Program-made: the position numbers and the translations under genes
IMG/VR virus record: IMGVR_UViG_3300012685_000001
Span: 32,001 to 96,000 of that record
DNA: 64,000 bases
Source: a virus
Direction: 5' to 3' (one strand)
Part shown: one piece after another, positions 9,702 through 16,777 of the stretch
Layout of the letters: every line of letters begins with the position of its first letter
How positions within the stretch are numbered: the first letter of the stretch is position 1
The notes under the pieces: model-generated
Told to the model about the DNA's origin: nothing
What the model saw: only the letters and a program-made list of their open reading frames with translations
The model's database searches: none

Positions 9702-10759
9702 CAGTAGATCTTTCCCTCATAGCGGAAGGTTCCATTGTTCTGGCCAAGTACAAGTTCAGTGTAATTCTGTCCTGCCTCGCGGGTAATAACTACAATACCC
9801 TTGGACCAGTTGGGAGAGGTTCCCTTGATGTAGCCACCATTGGATTCCATCGCCTTCTCAAAATCCATGATACAGCCAGCATTCACATATACATGCTGGG
9901 TACCCTTACCTTCATACCCGATGAACACTGGACGCAAAGCAGCCTGATGAACATGTCCCGCAAGAATAGACTTGCCTGTACGCATAACATGCTCAGTACC
10001 CTTGATGACGTGAGTCTTGGAAGTCAATTCCCACTGATGTCCATGACCAAGCAAATAATCAGGAAGAAACTCAAATACCTTGTGCTGATAGTTGATATCC
10101 AGGCTATCAAGCTCATACATGACCTCAGGAGTCAATGCACGGAGTGTGGCAAGACCAGGCAGACGGGTTTCAACTGCCCTTGTAATCCAGTGCATATGAT
10201 TGGAATGCGCCATATGAATAGTTGCATTGGGAGCAGCTTCCCGAATACGGGTCAGCCACTGAACAGTCTCATCAATCTGAGCCTGAAGATTGGACTCGTA
10301 CTCTTCCTTCATACCCTTGGCCCAACGGCCGACAGCACTGTTGTCACTCTCGTCTCCAGTCAGACAGATCATATCCGGCTGCTGATCACGAACAAACTCT
10401 ACTGTCTTGGCAAGGAACGCAGGATCATGCTTATTGATCTGGAAATCTCCGAAAGCAATAACTCGCTGATCCTTCTTCTCAGCCTTCAAAGTAGCGGCAG
10501 GCTTGGAGCCATATACATTCATGGCATGCTGATGACTCTTTACTATATTGGCTACGGAAACTTCTGCCAAAGTTGCCTGTACAGGCTTGTTCTTGTCCCG
10601 CCAGGTACGAATGAGTTTCTCGGATACGAGGAAACCCTTCTCAATAAGACGTGCCTTGACTGATAGACGGCCAAGACTTGAATCACTCAGAATATTATAA
10701 ATCTCCTGGTCAATCTTGGCCCAGACTTCAAGTTCTGTAATACTCACTACAGAATGCAA
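9701..10759 (-). CDS. Calcineurin-like metallophosphoesterase
   Basis: GDFQ, GDESD, SNH, HGH and GHVH motifs. Confidence 0.8.
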   Translation of the reverse strand: MHSVVSITELEVWAKIDQEIYNILSDSSLGRLSVKARLIEKGFLVSEKLIRTWRDKNKPVQATLAEVSVANIVKSHQHAMNVYGSKPAATLKAEKKDQRVIAFGDFQINKHDPAFLAKTVEFVRDQQPDMICLTGDESDNSAVGRWAKGMKEEYESNLQAQIDETVQWLTRIREAAPNATIHMAHSNHMHWITRAVETRLPGLATLRALTPEVMYELDSLDINYQHKVFEFLPDYLLGHGHQWELTSKTHVIKGTEHVMRTGKSILAGHVHQAALRPVFIGYEGKGTQHVYVNAGCIMDFEKAMESNGGYIKGTSPNWSKGIVVITREAGQNYTELVLGQNNGTFRYEGKIY

Positions 10760-10824
10760 CGTTCCTCCTCCAATAGTAAGACCCGCATAATGCAGTACAT
10801 CCTACACTATGCGGGTCCTCGTGT

Positions 10825-11256
10825 CTACTTCTTGCTGGCTATAAGCTGTACTAGCGCTATTGCTATAGGGATCATAACCATAGACAACAACCATCTGAAC
10901 TGATCCTGCCTAGAAGCTATATAAGACTTGTGCTGTGTCTCTCTAGCCGCAGTTTCACGATTGATTGCTGCCTCATAACGCTCACGTTCAACGGTTATAT
11001 CATGTCTCAGTCCTTGAAGCGCTTCCCTCAGTTCAGCCTTTAAGGCTAAAAGATCATCTTCCCCGTCTTCAAGTTTTTCATTTAAATTACTGAAACGTAA
11101 TTCTAATGAACGCTTATCAGCATCGTATTCAATTAAAGTTAGTAGTTTGTCCAAGCGGCTGGAAAAGTCAATAAGCCGAGTTTCAACATTTCGCTGCAAA
11201 CCGTCTAGTTCTCTCTGTACCGCCCCGGACCATGTAGGTGTTTCTGGTGTTGGCAT
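10825..11256 (-). CDS. Coiled-coil protein with C-terminal TM helix
   Basis: Heptad-rich body, hydrophobic C-terminus. Confidence 0.6.
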   Translation of the reverse strand: MPTPETPTWSGAVQRELDGLQRNVETRLIDFSSRLDKLLTLIEYDADKRSLELRFSNLNEKLEDGEDDLLALKAELREALQGLRHDITVERERYEAAINRETAARETQHKSYIASRQDQFRWLLSMVMIPIAIALVQLIASKK

Positions 11257-11423
11257 CAACAACTCACTTGGGGCTAGATTCGAAAAGGACAACAGCAAAA
11301 GACCATGTCATCCATTCAATTCTCCAAATTTCCTGCCCCAAATGTACTATGAGAAGAGGTCTAGTGCTATTACTCCTTAAGGATAACATTAGACCTCTTC
11401 TGTTTCATGTATACAGAAAGTAA

Positions 11424-12479
11424 TTACTCTGCCTCAGGCTTTACCAGATCATACACCTTGGAAGTAATGTCCTTGTCATCAAGGATCATGAACATGAAAC
11501 CAGGGTACTGTGTGTCCTTCACTCTAATAGCAAAATCCTTTCTGGTCCAGCCGTCTGGGTACTTGAAACTATTCCACATATCCAATTTTACTAGCCAATA
11601 ATCGTGCTCAATATTATTTCGAGTAATCCTGAAATCAATGGATATCTCTGAATATGTATCCTTCAGCCAGTCATGCCACTCATCAGGAATGATGCTACAC
11701 ATCTGCTCAAGCGTCTTGCCTGCCTTTATGTTCTCCCAGACACGACGCTTCGTCAAACCGGTAACGATCTTGTGCAGAGCAATATAGTCAGCCTGCTTGA
11801 TCTTCAATCGGTACTCATTGTGCGGAAACGATACTACGTAGCCCTCAGCGTTCACCCTTTGCGGAGCCTCCAGAGCCTCTCTGAGCGTCTTATAGCGGAA
11901 GGTAGTAGTCCTGGGCCCCCGCCACTCTACAAGGCCCTCAGGAGGAAGCGTATAACCTTCCTCGATATCCCGGGCACCCAATAGAACCAGATCATCGAAA
12001 CCGTAGTTCAGAACGATACGGTTCTCTGGATAGATGATCTCAAACATATAAGTGAGATCAATACCAGCATCCTCTATGAACTTCTTATAACGGCTCTTCA
12101 GAAGATACGTGGCGTGAATTGCTTGATCCGAAGCAAAGGAACCTCGGGTAGCAATTCCCCAGTCTGCCTTGTACTCCCAGTAGATACCAAGAGAACCGTC
12201 CATCTTATCGGTAATAGTCGCAGGAGAATCAAGATACTGATTGTCCTCATCAGAATAGTTGTGGAACTTGTCGAATGGCCGCGCAATTACCTTGTCGTGA
12301 GAATTCACAATAAGACCACGGCACTGAGATGTTACATCATTCCACAGATTGTCATACTGAGCTTTCTCTGTATAGTTCAGGATAGAAAGATCATGGTAAG
12401 GATGAGTCTGCTCACGTACGTAACCTTCAGTCTTCAATTCCAAGTAGTCTTTGATCGAGAACAGATCATACAGATACAT
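11424..12479 (-). CDS. RNA ligase, T4 Rnl1-like
   Basis: 'LNYT...QCRGLI...ARPFDKFHN', motif I KMDGSLG, TRGSF, FEIIYP, EGYV, KIK. Confidence 0.9.
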   Translation of the reverse strand: MYLYDLFSIKDYLELKTEGYVREQTHPYHDLSILNYTEKAQYDNLWNDVTSQCRGLIVNSHDKVIARPFDKFHNYSDEDNQYLDSPATITDKMDGSLGIYWEYKADWGIATRGSFASDQAIHATYLLKSRYKKFIEDAGIDLTYMFEIIYPENRIVLNYGFDDLVLLGARDIEEGYTLPPEGLVEWRGPRTTTFRYKTLREALEAPQRVNAEGYVVSFPHNEYRLKIKQADYIALHKIVTGLTKRRVWENIKAGKTLEQMCSIIPDEWHDWLKDTYSEISIDFRITRNNIEHDYWLVKLDMWNSFKYPDGWTRKDFAIRVKDTQYPGFMFMILDDKDITSKVYDLVKPEAE

Positions 12480-12657
12480 TGTCTTCCTCCTCTAGATACT
12501 CTTTGCAGGGACAAGTGCAATTGCCTTCAGGTGGACCATAACCCATTGCCTCATTGTGTTCAACATCATCAGGACCCCACCAAGGATGAGGATCAGGATT
12601 ACAGAAGCCGAATTTACATGACCAGCAGGTTACATAACAAATGATTACGCTCATCAA
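12466..12657 (-). CDS. Small Cys-rich hypothetical protein
   Basis: CxxC and CxCxC motifs. Confidence 0.5.
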   Translation of the reverse strand: MMSVIICYVTCWSCKFGFCNPDPHPWWGPDDVEHNEAMGYGPPEGNCTCPCKEYLEEEDNVSV

Positions 12658-12917
12658 TAATCTCCCATAAGCCACATCAGACAAATACGGTCAGGTACTG
12701 TTCCATCTTTTACCCAGGCATTTATCTCATGCTCCTCAAGACCCAGGAAATCATAAAGCCGTACAGTCTCTCCAGCAATGTTGAAGTTCGTTTCTGCGTC
12801 ATGCCAGACATCCACCAGATTCTCTGTATAGTCCTCTACCGTGTCAACCCGTCGCAGGTAATCCTCAACGAAGGGTGCTCGATCTGCCTTGGTCCATACG
12901 TGTGTGTTGGTATTCAT
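12654..12917 (-). CDS. Hypothetical protein, likely leaderless
   Basis: ATG 8 nt downstream of the -10 box. Confidence 0.55.
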   Translation of the reverse strand: MNTNTHVWTKADRAPFVEDYLRRVDTVEDYTENLVDVWHDAETNFNIAGETVRLYDFLGLEEHEINAWVKDGTVPDRICLMWLMGDY

Positions 12918-12924
12918 GTGGTAC

Positions 12925-12987
12925 ACATTAAGGCATGAAAAAACCTCTGTCAAGAGAACTGATTGTTCAATCTTGACAGAGGTTTTT
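12925..12987 (-). promoter_or_regulatory. tRNA-operon terminator hairpin overlapping a promoter
   Basis: Inverted repeat AAAAACCTCTGTCAAGA/TCTTGACAGAGGTTTTT; minus strand TTGACA-17-TAATGT. Confidence 0.7.
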
Positions 12988-12990
12988 AAG

Positions 12991-13074
12991 TGGGTGCAGA
13001 GAGACTTGAACTCCCAGAGACCGAAGTCGACGGCTTTACAGGCCGTAACGCTACCAATTACGTGTTATACACCC
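12991..13074 (-). tRNA. tRNA-Tyr(GTA)
   Basis: Cloverleaf; anticodon arm ACGGC-CTGTAAA-GCCGT; long variable arm. Confidence 0.9.
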
Positions 13075-13188
13075 ATTGTGCGCCGATGCCAATTCTTCGC
13101 CTGCCCCGGTATCCCGGACGCGCAAGCAATCAGCGCATTCCCCAGAGGTGGATTTTTCTATCGGGGACCCATATTTTATTATATTAAA

Positions 13189-13261
13189 GGGTGAAGTACG
13201 GGGATTGAACCCGCGAATCCTGAGTCACAGTCAGGTATGTTACCACTACATCAACTCCACC
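13189..13261 (-). tRNA. tRNA-His(GTG)
   Basis: CCTGA-CTGTGAC-TCAGG; G-1 present. Confidence 0.9.
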
Positions 13262-13264
13262 ATA

Positions 13265-13341
13265 GCCGCAAGAAAGGGATTCGAACCCCCAACCTTCCCT
13301 CGAACATCGGGAATGCTCTTCCAATTGAGCTATCTTTTAGC
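13265..13341 (-). pseudogene. Aberrant tRNA (9-nt anticodon loop, mismatched acceptor stem)
   Basis: Intact D arm GCTC-AATTGGAA-GAGC and T loop TTCGAAT; anticodon arm TTCCC-GATGTTCGA-GGGAA. Confidence 0.6.
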
Positions 13342-13343
13342 AG

Positions 13344-13415
13344 TCCGCCCACCGAGAATTGAACTCGGAACTAGACTTTATCAGAGTCTTGTGATAACCA
13401 TTTCACTACAGGCGA
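13344..13415 (-). tRNA. tRNA-Ile(GAT)
   Basis: AGACT-CTGATAA-AGTCT. Confidence 0.88.
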
Positions 13416-13419
13416 TTAT

Positions 13420-13728
13420 TCAGTTGTGTTCTTTAATTATACCCATAAGTTTGAACTTAGGAAGTGCACCTACCTGATATTCTACTATCTTTCCCTTCTT
13501 GAAGAGAAGGAGAGTAGGGATAGATGATACATCATATTTCTTAACTGATACAGGATTTTTATCTGCGTTGATCTTTACTACTTCCAGCCACTCGTTCTCT
13601 GTTGCTATAGATTCTAACACAGGCGCCATCTGCTTGCAAGGACCACACCATGGAGCCCAGAAATCAACTAGTACTGGCTTCTCCGAGATCAAAACCTCAT
13701 CGAAAGTTCCATCAGTAATATCCCGCAT
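13420..13728 (-). CDS. trxA: Thioredoxin
   Basis: VLVDFWAPWCGPCK, SIPTL. Confidence 0.95.
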   Translation of the reverse strand: MRDITDGTFDEVLISEKPVLVDFWAPWCGPCKQMAPVLESIATENEWLEVVKINADKNPVSVKKYDVSSIPTLLLFKKGKIVEYQVGALPKFKLMGIIKEHN

Positions 13729-13751
13729 TTATTCTCCTTATAGTATCAACG

Positions 13752-13825
13752 TACGCCCATCGGGATTTGAACCCGCATCGACTGCTTATAAGACAGTTGC
13801 TCTCACCTAATTGAGCTATAGGCGC
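13752..13825 (-). tRNA. tRNA-Ile(TAT)
   Basis: ACTGT-CTTATAA-GCAGT. Confidence 0.88.
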
Positions 13826-13952
13826 ATGTCCCACTAATATAGCAGTTCTGCGAACGTCTGCATAGTCGATCTCTTTTCGCAGCTTACTTAAATCTTTATA
13901 CAAGATCCTGACTATGCGTAGTCCTTGTAAAGGGTAGTGAGCATACCCTAAG

Positions 13953-14037
13953 CGGAAGCAGAGGGATTCGAACCCCCAAGGCTTTTCAAGACCCAGCCGT
14001 TTTCAAGACGGTGTCCTCATCCGACCGGATTACTTCC
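13953..14037 (-). tRNA. tRNA-Ser(TGA)
   Basis: CCGT-CTTGAAA-ACGG; long variable arm; G73. Confidence 0.85.
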
Positions 14038-14108
14038 ATTAGGGGAATCATCCTCTACCCCCGTGTGTGGCCCCACCTTGAATGCATCCTTTGCCACTTC
14101 TGTTTAAT

Positions 14109-14204
14109 TCAACCTTTAGGATACTTACATTTAAAACAAACTCTATCAGTATCCCTATTCTTATATCTACAGTTATTACGAGAACATTGCCAAAATTCTA
14201 GCAT
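14109..14204 (-). CDS. 31-aa RanBP2-type zinc-finger peptide
   Basis: Below the track cutoff; MLEFWQCSRNNCRYKNRDTDRVCFKCKYPKG matches W-x-C-x4-C-x3-N-x6-C-x2-C; AAGGAG SD. Confidence 0.7.
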   Translation of the reverse strand: MLEFWQCSRNNCRYKNRDTDRVCFKCKYPKG

Positions 14205-14222
14205 TAATCTCCTTAAGTGCTG

Positions 14223-14307
14223 CGGAGAGTACGGGATTTGAACCCGCTCAGGCTTGAGACCCTTACTACGTTTCCAACGTAGCTGCTAACCAATTCGCTT
14301 ACTCTCC
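14223..14307 (-). tRNA. tRNA-Ser(GGA)
   Basis: CTACG-TTGGAAA-CGTAG; long variable arm. Confidence 0.88.
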
Positions 14308-14312
14308 ATGCG

Positions 14313-14397
14313 AGGAAGAGATGGGATTCGAACCCACGGAGCTTTTACACCCTCAGTCTTAGCAGGACTGCCCGATAGACCTCTCTGGCACTCTTCC
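14313..14397 (-). tRNA. tRNA-Ser(GCT)
   Basis: CAGTC-CTGCTAA-GACTG; long variable arm. Confidence 0.88.
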
Positions 14398-14403
14398 ATT
14401 GTA

Positions 14404-14580
14404 CTATTTACGTATTAGATTACTCTCAAGAAAACATTGAGTTTCTCCCTTGGAACGTCCAGAAAGAATCTTTACTTGCCACAGTCTGTAACCTTCATGC
14501 CAGCCAATAACTTCTCCATCACGATTACCATGAACATTAAGAATATTGACCTGTGTATTTCCTGTCCATTGCTTAACCAT
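14404..14580 (-). CDS. Small SH3-like protein
   Basis: GGAGGAG SD; 58 aa with a beta-barrel pattern. Confidence 0.6.
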   Translation of the reverse strand: MVKQWTGNTQVNILNVHGNRDGEVIGWHEGYRLWQVKILSGRSKGETQCFLESNLIRK

Positions 14581-14591
14581 ATCTCCTCCAG

Positions 14592-14669
14592 AGCGGATAG
14601 TCGGATTCGAACCGCAACCCAACAGCTTTGCAGGCTGTTTCCATCACCATCAGGATTAGGGCTATCCGC
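14592..14669 (-). tRNA. tRNA-Cys(GCA), non-canonical body
   Basis: ACAGC-CTGCAAA-GCTGT; U73; elongated acceptor-D connector. Confidence 0.75.
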
Positions 14670-14677
14670 ATATTCAG

Positions 14678-14866
14678 TTATCTCTTATCAAGAGACAAGT
14701 ACATTGCGGGGAACTTAATGCTCTGTCCGCCATCCTCATAAATAAGGATGTATTTCTTGGTGAAGAATCCCACACGTTGAATAACTGTTCCTCGACGGCC
14801 CGTAAAAGGTCCACGAGTAATAACTATAGGATCACCTATAGAGTATACAATTTCATGTTTACCCAT
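14678..14866 (-). CDS. KOW-motif protein
   Basis: IGDPIVITRGPFTGRRGTV (NusG/uL24-like KOW). Confidence 0.75.
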   Translation of the reverse strand: MGKHEIVYSIGDPIVITRGPFTGRRGTVIQRVGFFTKKYILIYEDGGQSIKFPAMYLSLDKR

Positions 14867-14883
14867 TTTAATATCCTTAAGTT

Positions 14884-14997
14884 TTAACTAGTAGAGTAAG
14901 AACACTTAGTACACACCAATGTAGGTGACTTGCTCCCATCACCATGAACAATAGGGGCACCAGATACCAAATTATGGGGCTTTCCATCTACACACAT
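14884..14997 (-). CDS. 37-aa putative zinc-ribbon peptide
   Basis: MCVDGKPHN...VCTKCSYSTS; AAGGA SD. Confidence 0.5.
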   Translation of the reverse strand: MCVDGKPHNLVSGAPIVHGDGSKSPTLVCTKCSYSTS

Positions 14998-15028
14998 TTA
15001 TTTTCCTTAGTTCCTAATTATATAATTG

Positions 15029-15109
15029 TGGAGCACTGGAGATTCGAACTCCAGTCTCAGCCCGTCCGACGTGCGGCTTTAAAGGCTGATCGACACCAAT
15101 TTGTGCCCC
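15029..15109 (-). ncRNA. Mini tmRNA-like RNA (tRNA-like domain only)
   Basis: GGGGCAC-AAATTGGTGTCGA-TCAGCC...GGCTGA-GAC-TGGAG-TTCGAAT-CTCCA-GTGCTCC-A: G3:U70, A73, stemless D loop ending GG..TCGA, GAC linker. Confidence 0.75.
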
Positions 15110-15116
15110 ATAGGAA

Positions 15117-15182
15117 GTACAGAAGTATGCTGCCATTACACCATACCCGGGCTGACGGAATCGAACCGTTCCTCTTCTATAC
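15117..15182 (-). ncRNA. Circularly permuted tRNA-elbow mimic
   Basis: 9-bp closing helix, with the T arm (ACGG-TTCGATT-CCGT) preceding the D arm (TGGTGTAATGGCAGCAT). Confidence 0.65.
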
Positions 15183-15186
15183 AACG

Positions 15187-15257
15187 TACCCCGTAACAGA
15201 ATCGAACTGATGTCTACGCTTTGTAAGAGCGCCGCTCTCCCATTGAGCTAACAGGGC
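15187..15257 (-). tRNA. tRNA-Val(TAC)
   Basis: GCGCT-CTTACAA-AGCGT. Confidence 0.85.
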
Positions 15258-15280
15258 AGGTGCCCCGAAGGGCTATTGAA

Positions 15281-15460
15281 TTATTTTCCCGGTTTCTTAT
15301 GAAACTCATCGCGCTTAACATTGCGAATCGTAACATCTTCAGAACCAGGGGTGTCATTCAGCGTAAGAGTATACTTATCACGCCTAATCGCACGAACTGT
15401 AGCAGGTCTACCCTTGTAGTGACCTCTGTCAATAACGACAACATCACCAACAATAATCAT
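15281..15460 (-). CDS. 59-aa KOW-motif protein
   Basis: Below the track cutoff; MIIVGDVVVIDRGHYKGRPATV...; AGGAG SD. Confidence 0.7.
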   Translation of the reverse strand: MIIVGDVVVIDRGHYKGRPATVRAIRRDKYTLTLNDTPGSEDVTIRNVKRDEFHKKPGK

Positions 15461-15468
15461 TATAACTC

Positions 15469-15645
15469 CTACTGCTTCTCAAGCTCTCCAGAACGATAAG
15501 TACGCTCAGCGCCCTTACTGGCACCAACACTTGCCTCTGTTGCCTTAACGGCAACAAGATCACGAGCTGAATCAACAGCTATAACCTTACCCACAAGGCC
15601 GTCAACAGCGCCTACCTTATCGCCAACATGAAGCTTCTTACCCAT
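15469..15645 (-). CDS. 58-aa SH3/KOW-like protein
   Basis: Below the track cutoff; MGKKLHVGDKVGAVDGLVGKVIAVD...; AAGGAGG SD. Confidence 0.65.
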   Translation of the reverse strand: MGKKLHVGDKVGAVDGLVGKVIAVDSARDLVAVKATEASVGASKGAERTYRSGELEKQ

Positions 15646-15668
15646 ATCATATCCTCCTTATTTGGAAG

Positions 15669-15746
15669 CGCCTCAGACAGGATTCGAACCTGCATACTCC
15701 GTTACCCTTTTAATGACCGGTTAGAAGCCGGGGGGGATACTAAGGC
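15669..15746 (-). tRNA. tRNA-Arg(TCT)-like, D arm absent or rearranged
   Basis: Acceptor GCCTTAG/CTGAGGC, CCGG-CTTCTAA-CCGG and a canonical T arm; only TATCCCCC in place of the D arm; 23-nt variable region. Confidence 0.65.
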
Positions 15747-15771
15747 AAGTCCGCCCGAAGGCGGGGTAATA

Positions 15772-15924
15772 CTAAAGCTTCTTAACAGGCACTGCAATAA
15801 CCGTGTGCATTCCGGTACGGACATCCTGAACCTCTACACCCTTAACGATCTTGGGAGCAGTCTCAACAGTTCCCGAGCCAACACCAGGAACATTCACCTT
15901 CGCGCCGACCGACTTCTTACCCAT
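15772..15924 (-). CDS. 50-aa SH3/KOW-like protein
   Basis: MGKKSVGAKVNVPGVGSGTV...; AAGGAG SD. Confidence 0.6.
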   Translation of the reverse strand: MGKKSVGAKVNVPGVGSGTVETAPKIVKGVEVQDVRTGMHTVIAVPVKKL

Positions 15925-15937
15925 TGCTTCTCCTTGG

Positions 15938-16405
15938 TTAGTCCCACCAGTAAGAACTATCATACTTGGAATCTGTGTGGGTGTCCACATCCCAGCAATC
16001 TTCTTCTGTGCAGCCACCATGGTCTCTGATGGCATTGTGCAGTACTTGTCTTATCTTAGAACGCTTGGCACCATTCGTCAAGCGCTTATAGTCCTTGTTA
16101 CTCTTCACATTGGGGTAATACTCAAGCCAGTAATGACAGTTCTTGTCACGTCTCCAACTATGGCCGCTGATCTCTGGAACATCAAGATCACAGTCTACCT
16201 GTTCAACGTGACATCTGAAAAGAGAACGCATGTACATCAACTCATCATGCCAGTGCCAGCCGTCTTTATCAAGAACGTAACGGTAAACTGGCTCTTCACC
16301 AATCTTTTCACGAATAGTAACAAGGTGATCATGACTAGCATAACGATCCATAGTGGGGTCATTCTTCATAACCCAATAAGGTCTGTCTTTACGAGTACGG
16401 GACAT
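15938..16405 (-). CDS. Hypothetical protein (H/C/W-rich)
   Basis: Likely start MSRTRKDRPYW. Confidence 0.6.
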   Translation of the reverse strand: MSRTRKDRPYWVMKNDPTMDRYASHDHLVTIREKIGEEPVYRYVLDKDGWHWHDELMYMRSLFRCHVEQVDCDLDVPEISGHSWRRDKNCHYWLEYYPNVKSNKDYKRLTNGAKRSKIRQVLHNAIRDHGGCTEEDCWDVDTHTDSKYDSSYWWD

Positions 16406-16551
16406 TTCAACTCCCAAGGTAGTACTAAAGAAAAAATGTGCTTTGATCCGGAGCACTAACCGACCAGCTTGTATGTACGTGCTGGAACGCACTCTATGAC
16501 CTACGTGTTTAAATAGGGACAACCCTAGCATAGAACAGTCCTATGTCCCTG

Positions 16552-16623
16552 TAGTTCCAGGGAGACTCGAACTCCCACCAACGGCTTCGTAGGCCGGTAT
16601 GCTGTCCATTACACCATGGAACC
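16552..16623 (-). tRNA. tRNA-Arg(ACG)
   Basis: CGGC-CTACGAA-GCCG. Confidence 0.88.
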
Positions 16624-16627
16624 AAAA

Positions 16628-16777
16628 TTACTGATGCTTCTTCTTATCGTGCTCTAATCGCATATACACTGCTACAGTTCTATAGAAATACCTATCAGAT
16701 ACAAATGTAGGATTACAAGCAATACAAGAAAATATGTATCTCTTATCCTCACCTTTACCTACTGAAGTTACTGCCAC
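16628..16777 (-). CDS. 49-aa C2H2-like peptide
   Basis: CIAC...HDKKKH; GTG overlaps the upstream stop. Confidence 0.45.
   Translation of the reverse strand: MAVTSVGKGEDKRYIFSCIACNPTFVSDRYFYRTVAVYMRLEHDKKKHQ

Noticed and set aside
9893-10663. Long plus-strand ORF (likewise 12114-12644 and 15851-16459 on +; 30825-31895 and 39936-40685 on -)
   Set aside because: Antisense shadows of well-supported genes, with no SD or recognisable motifs.
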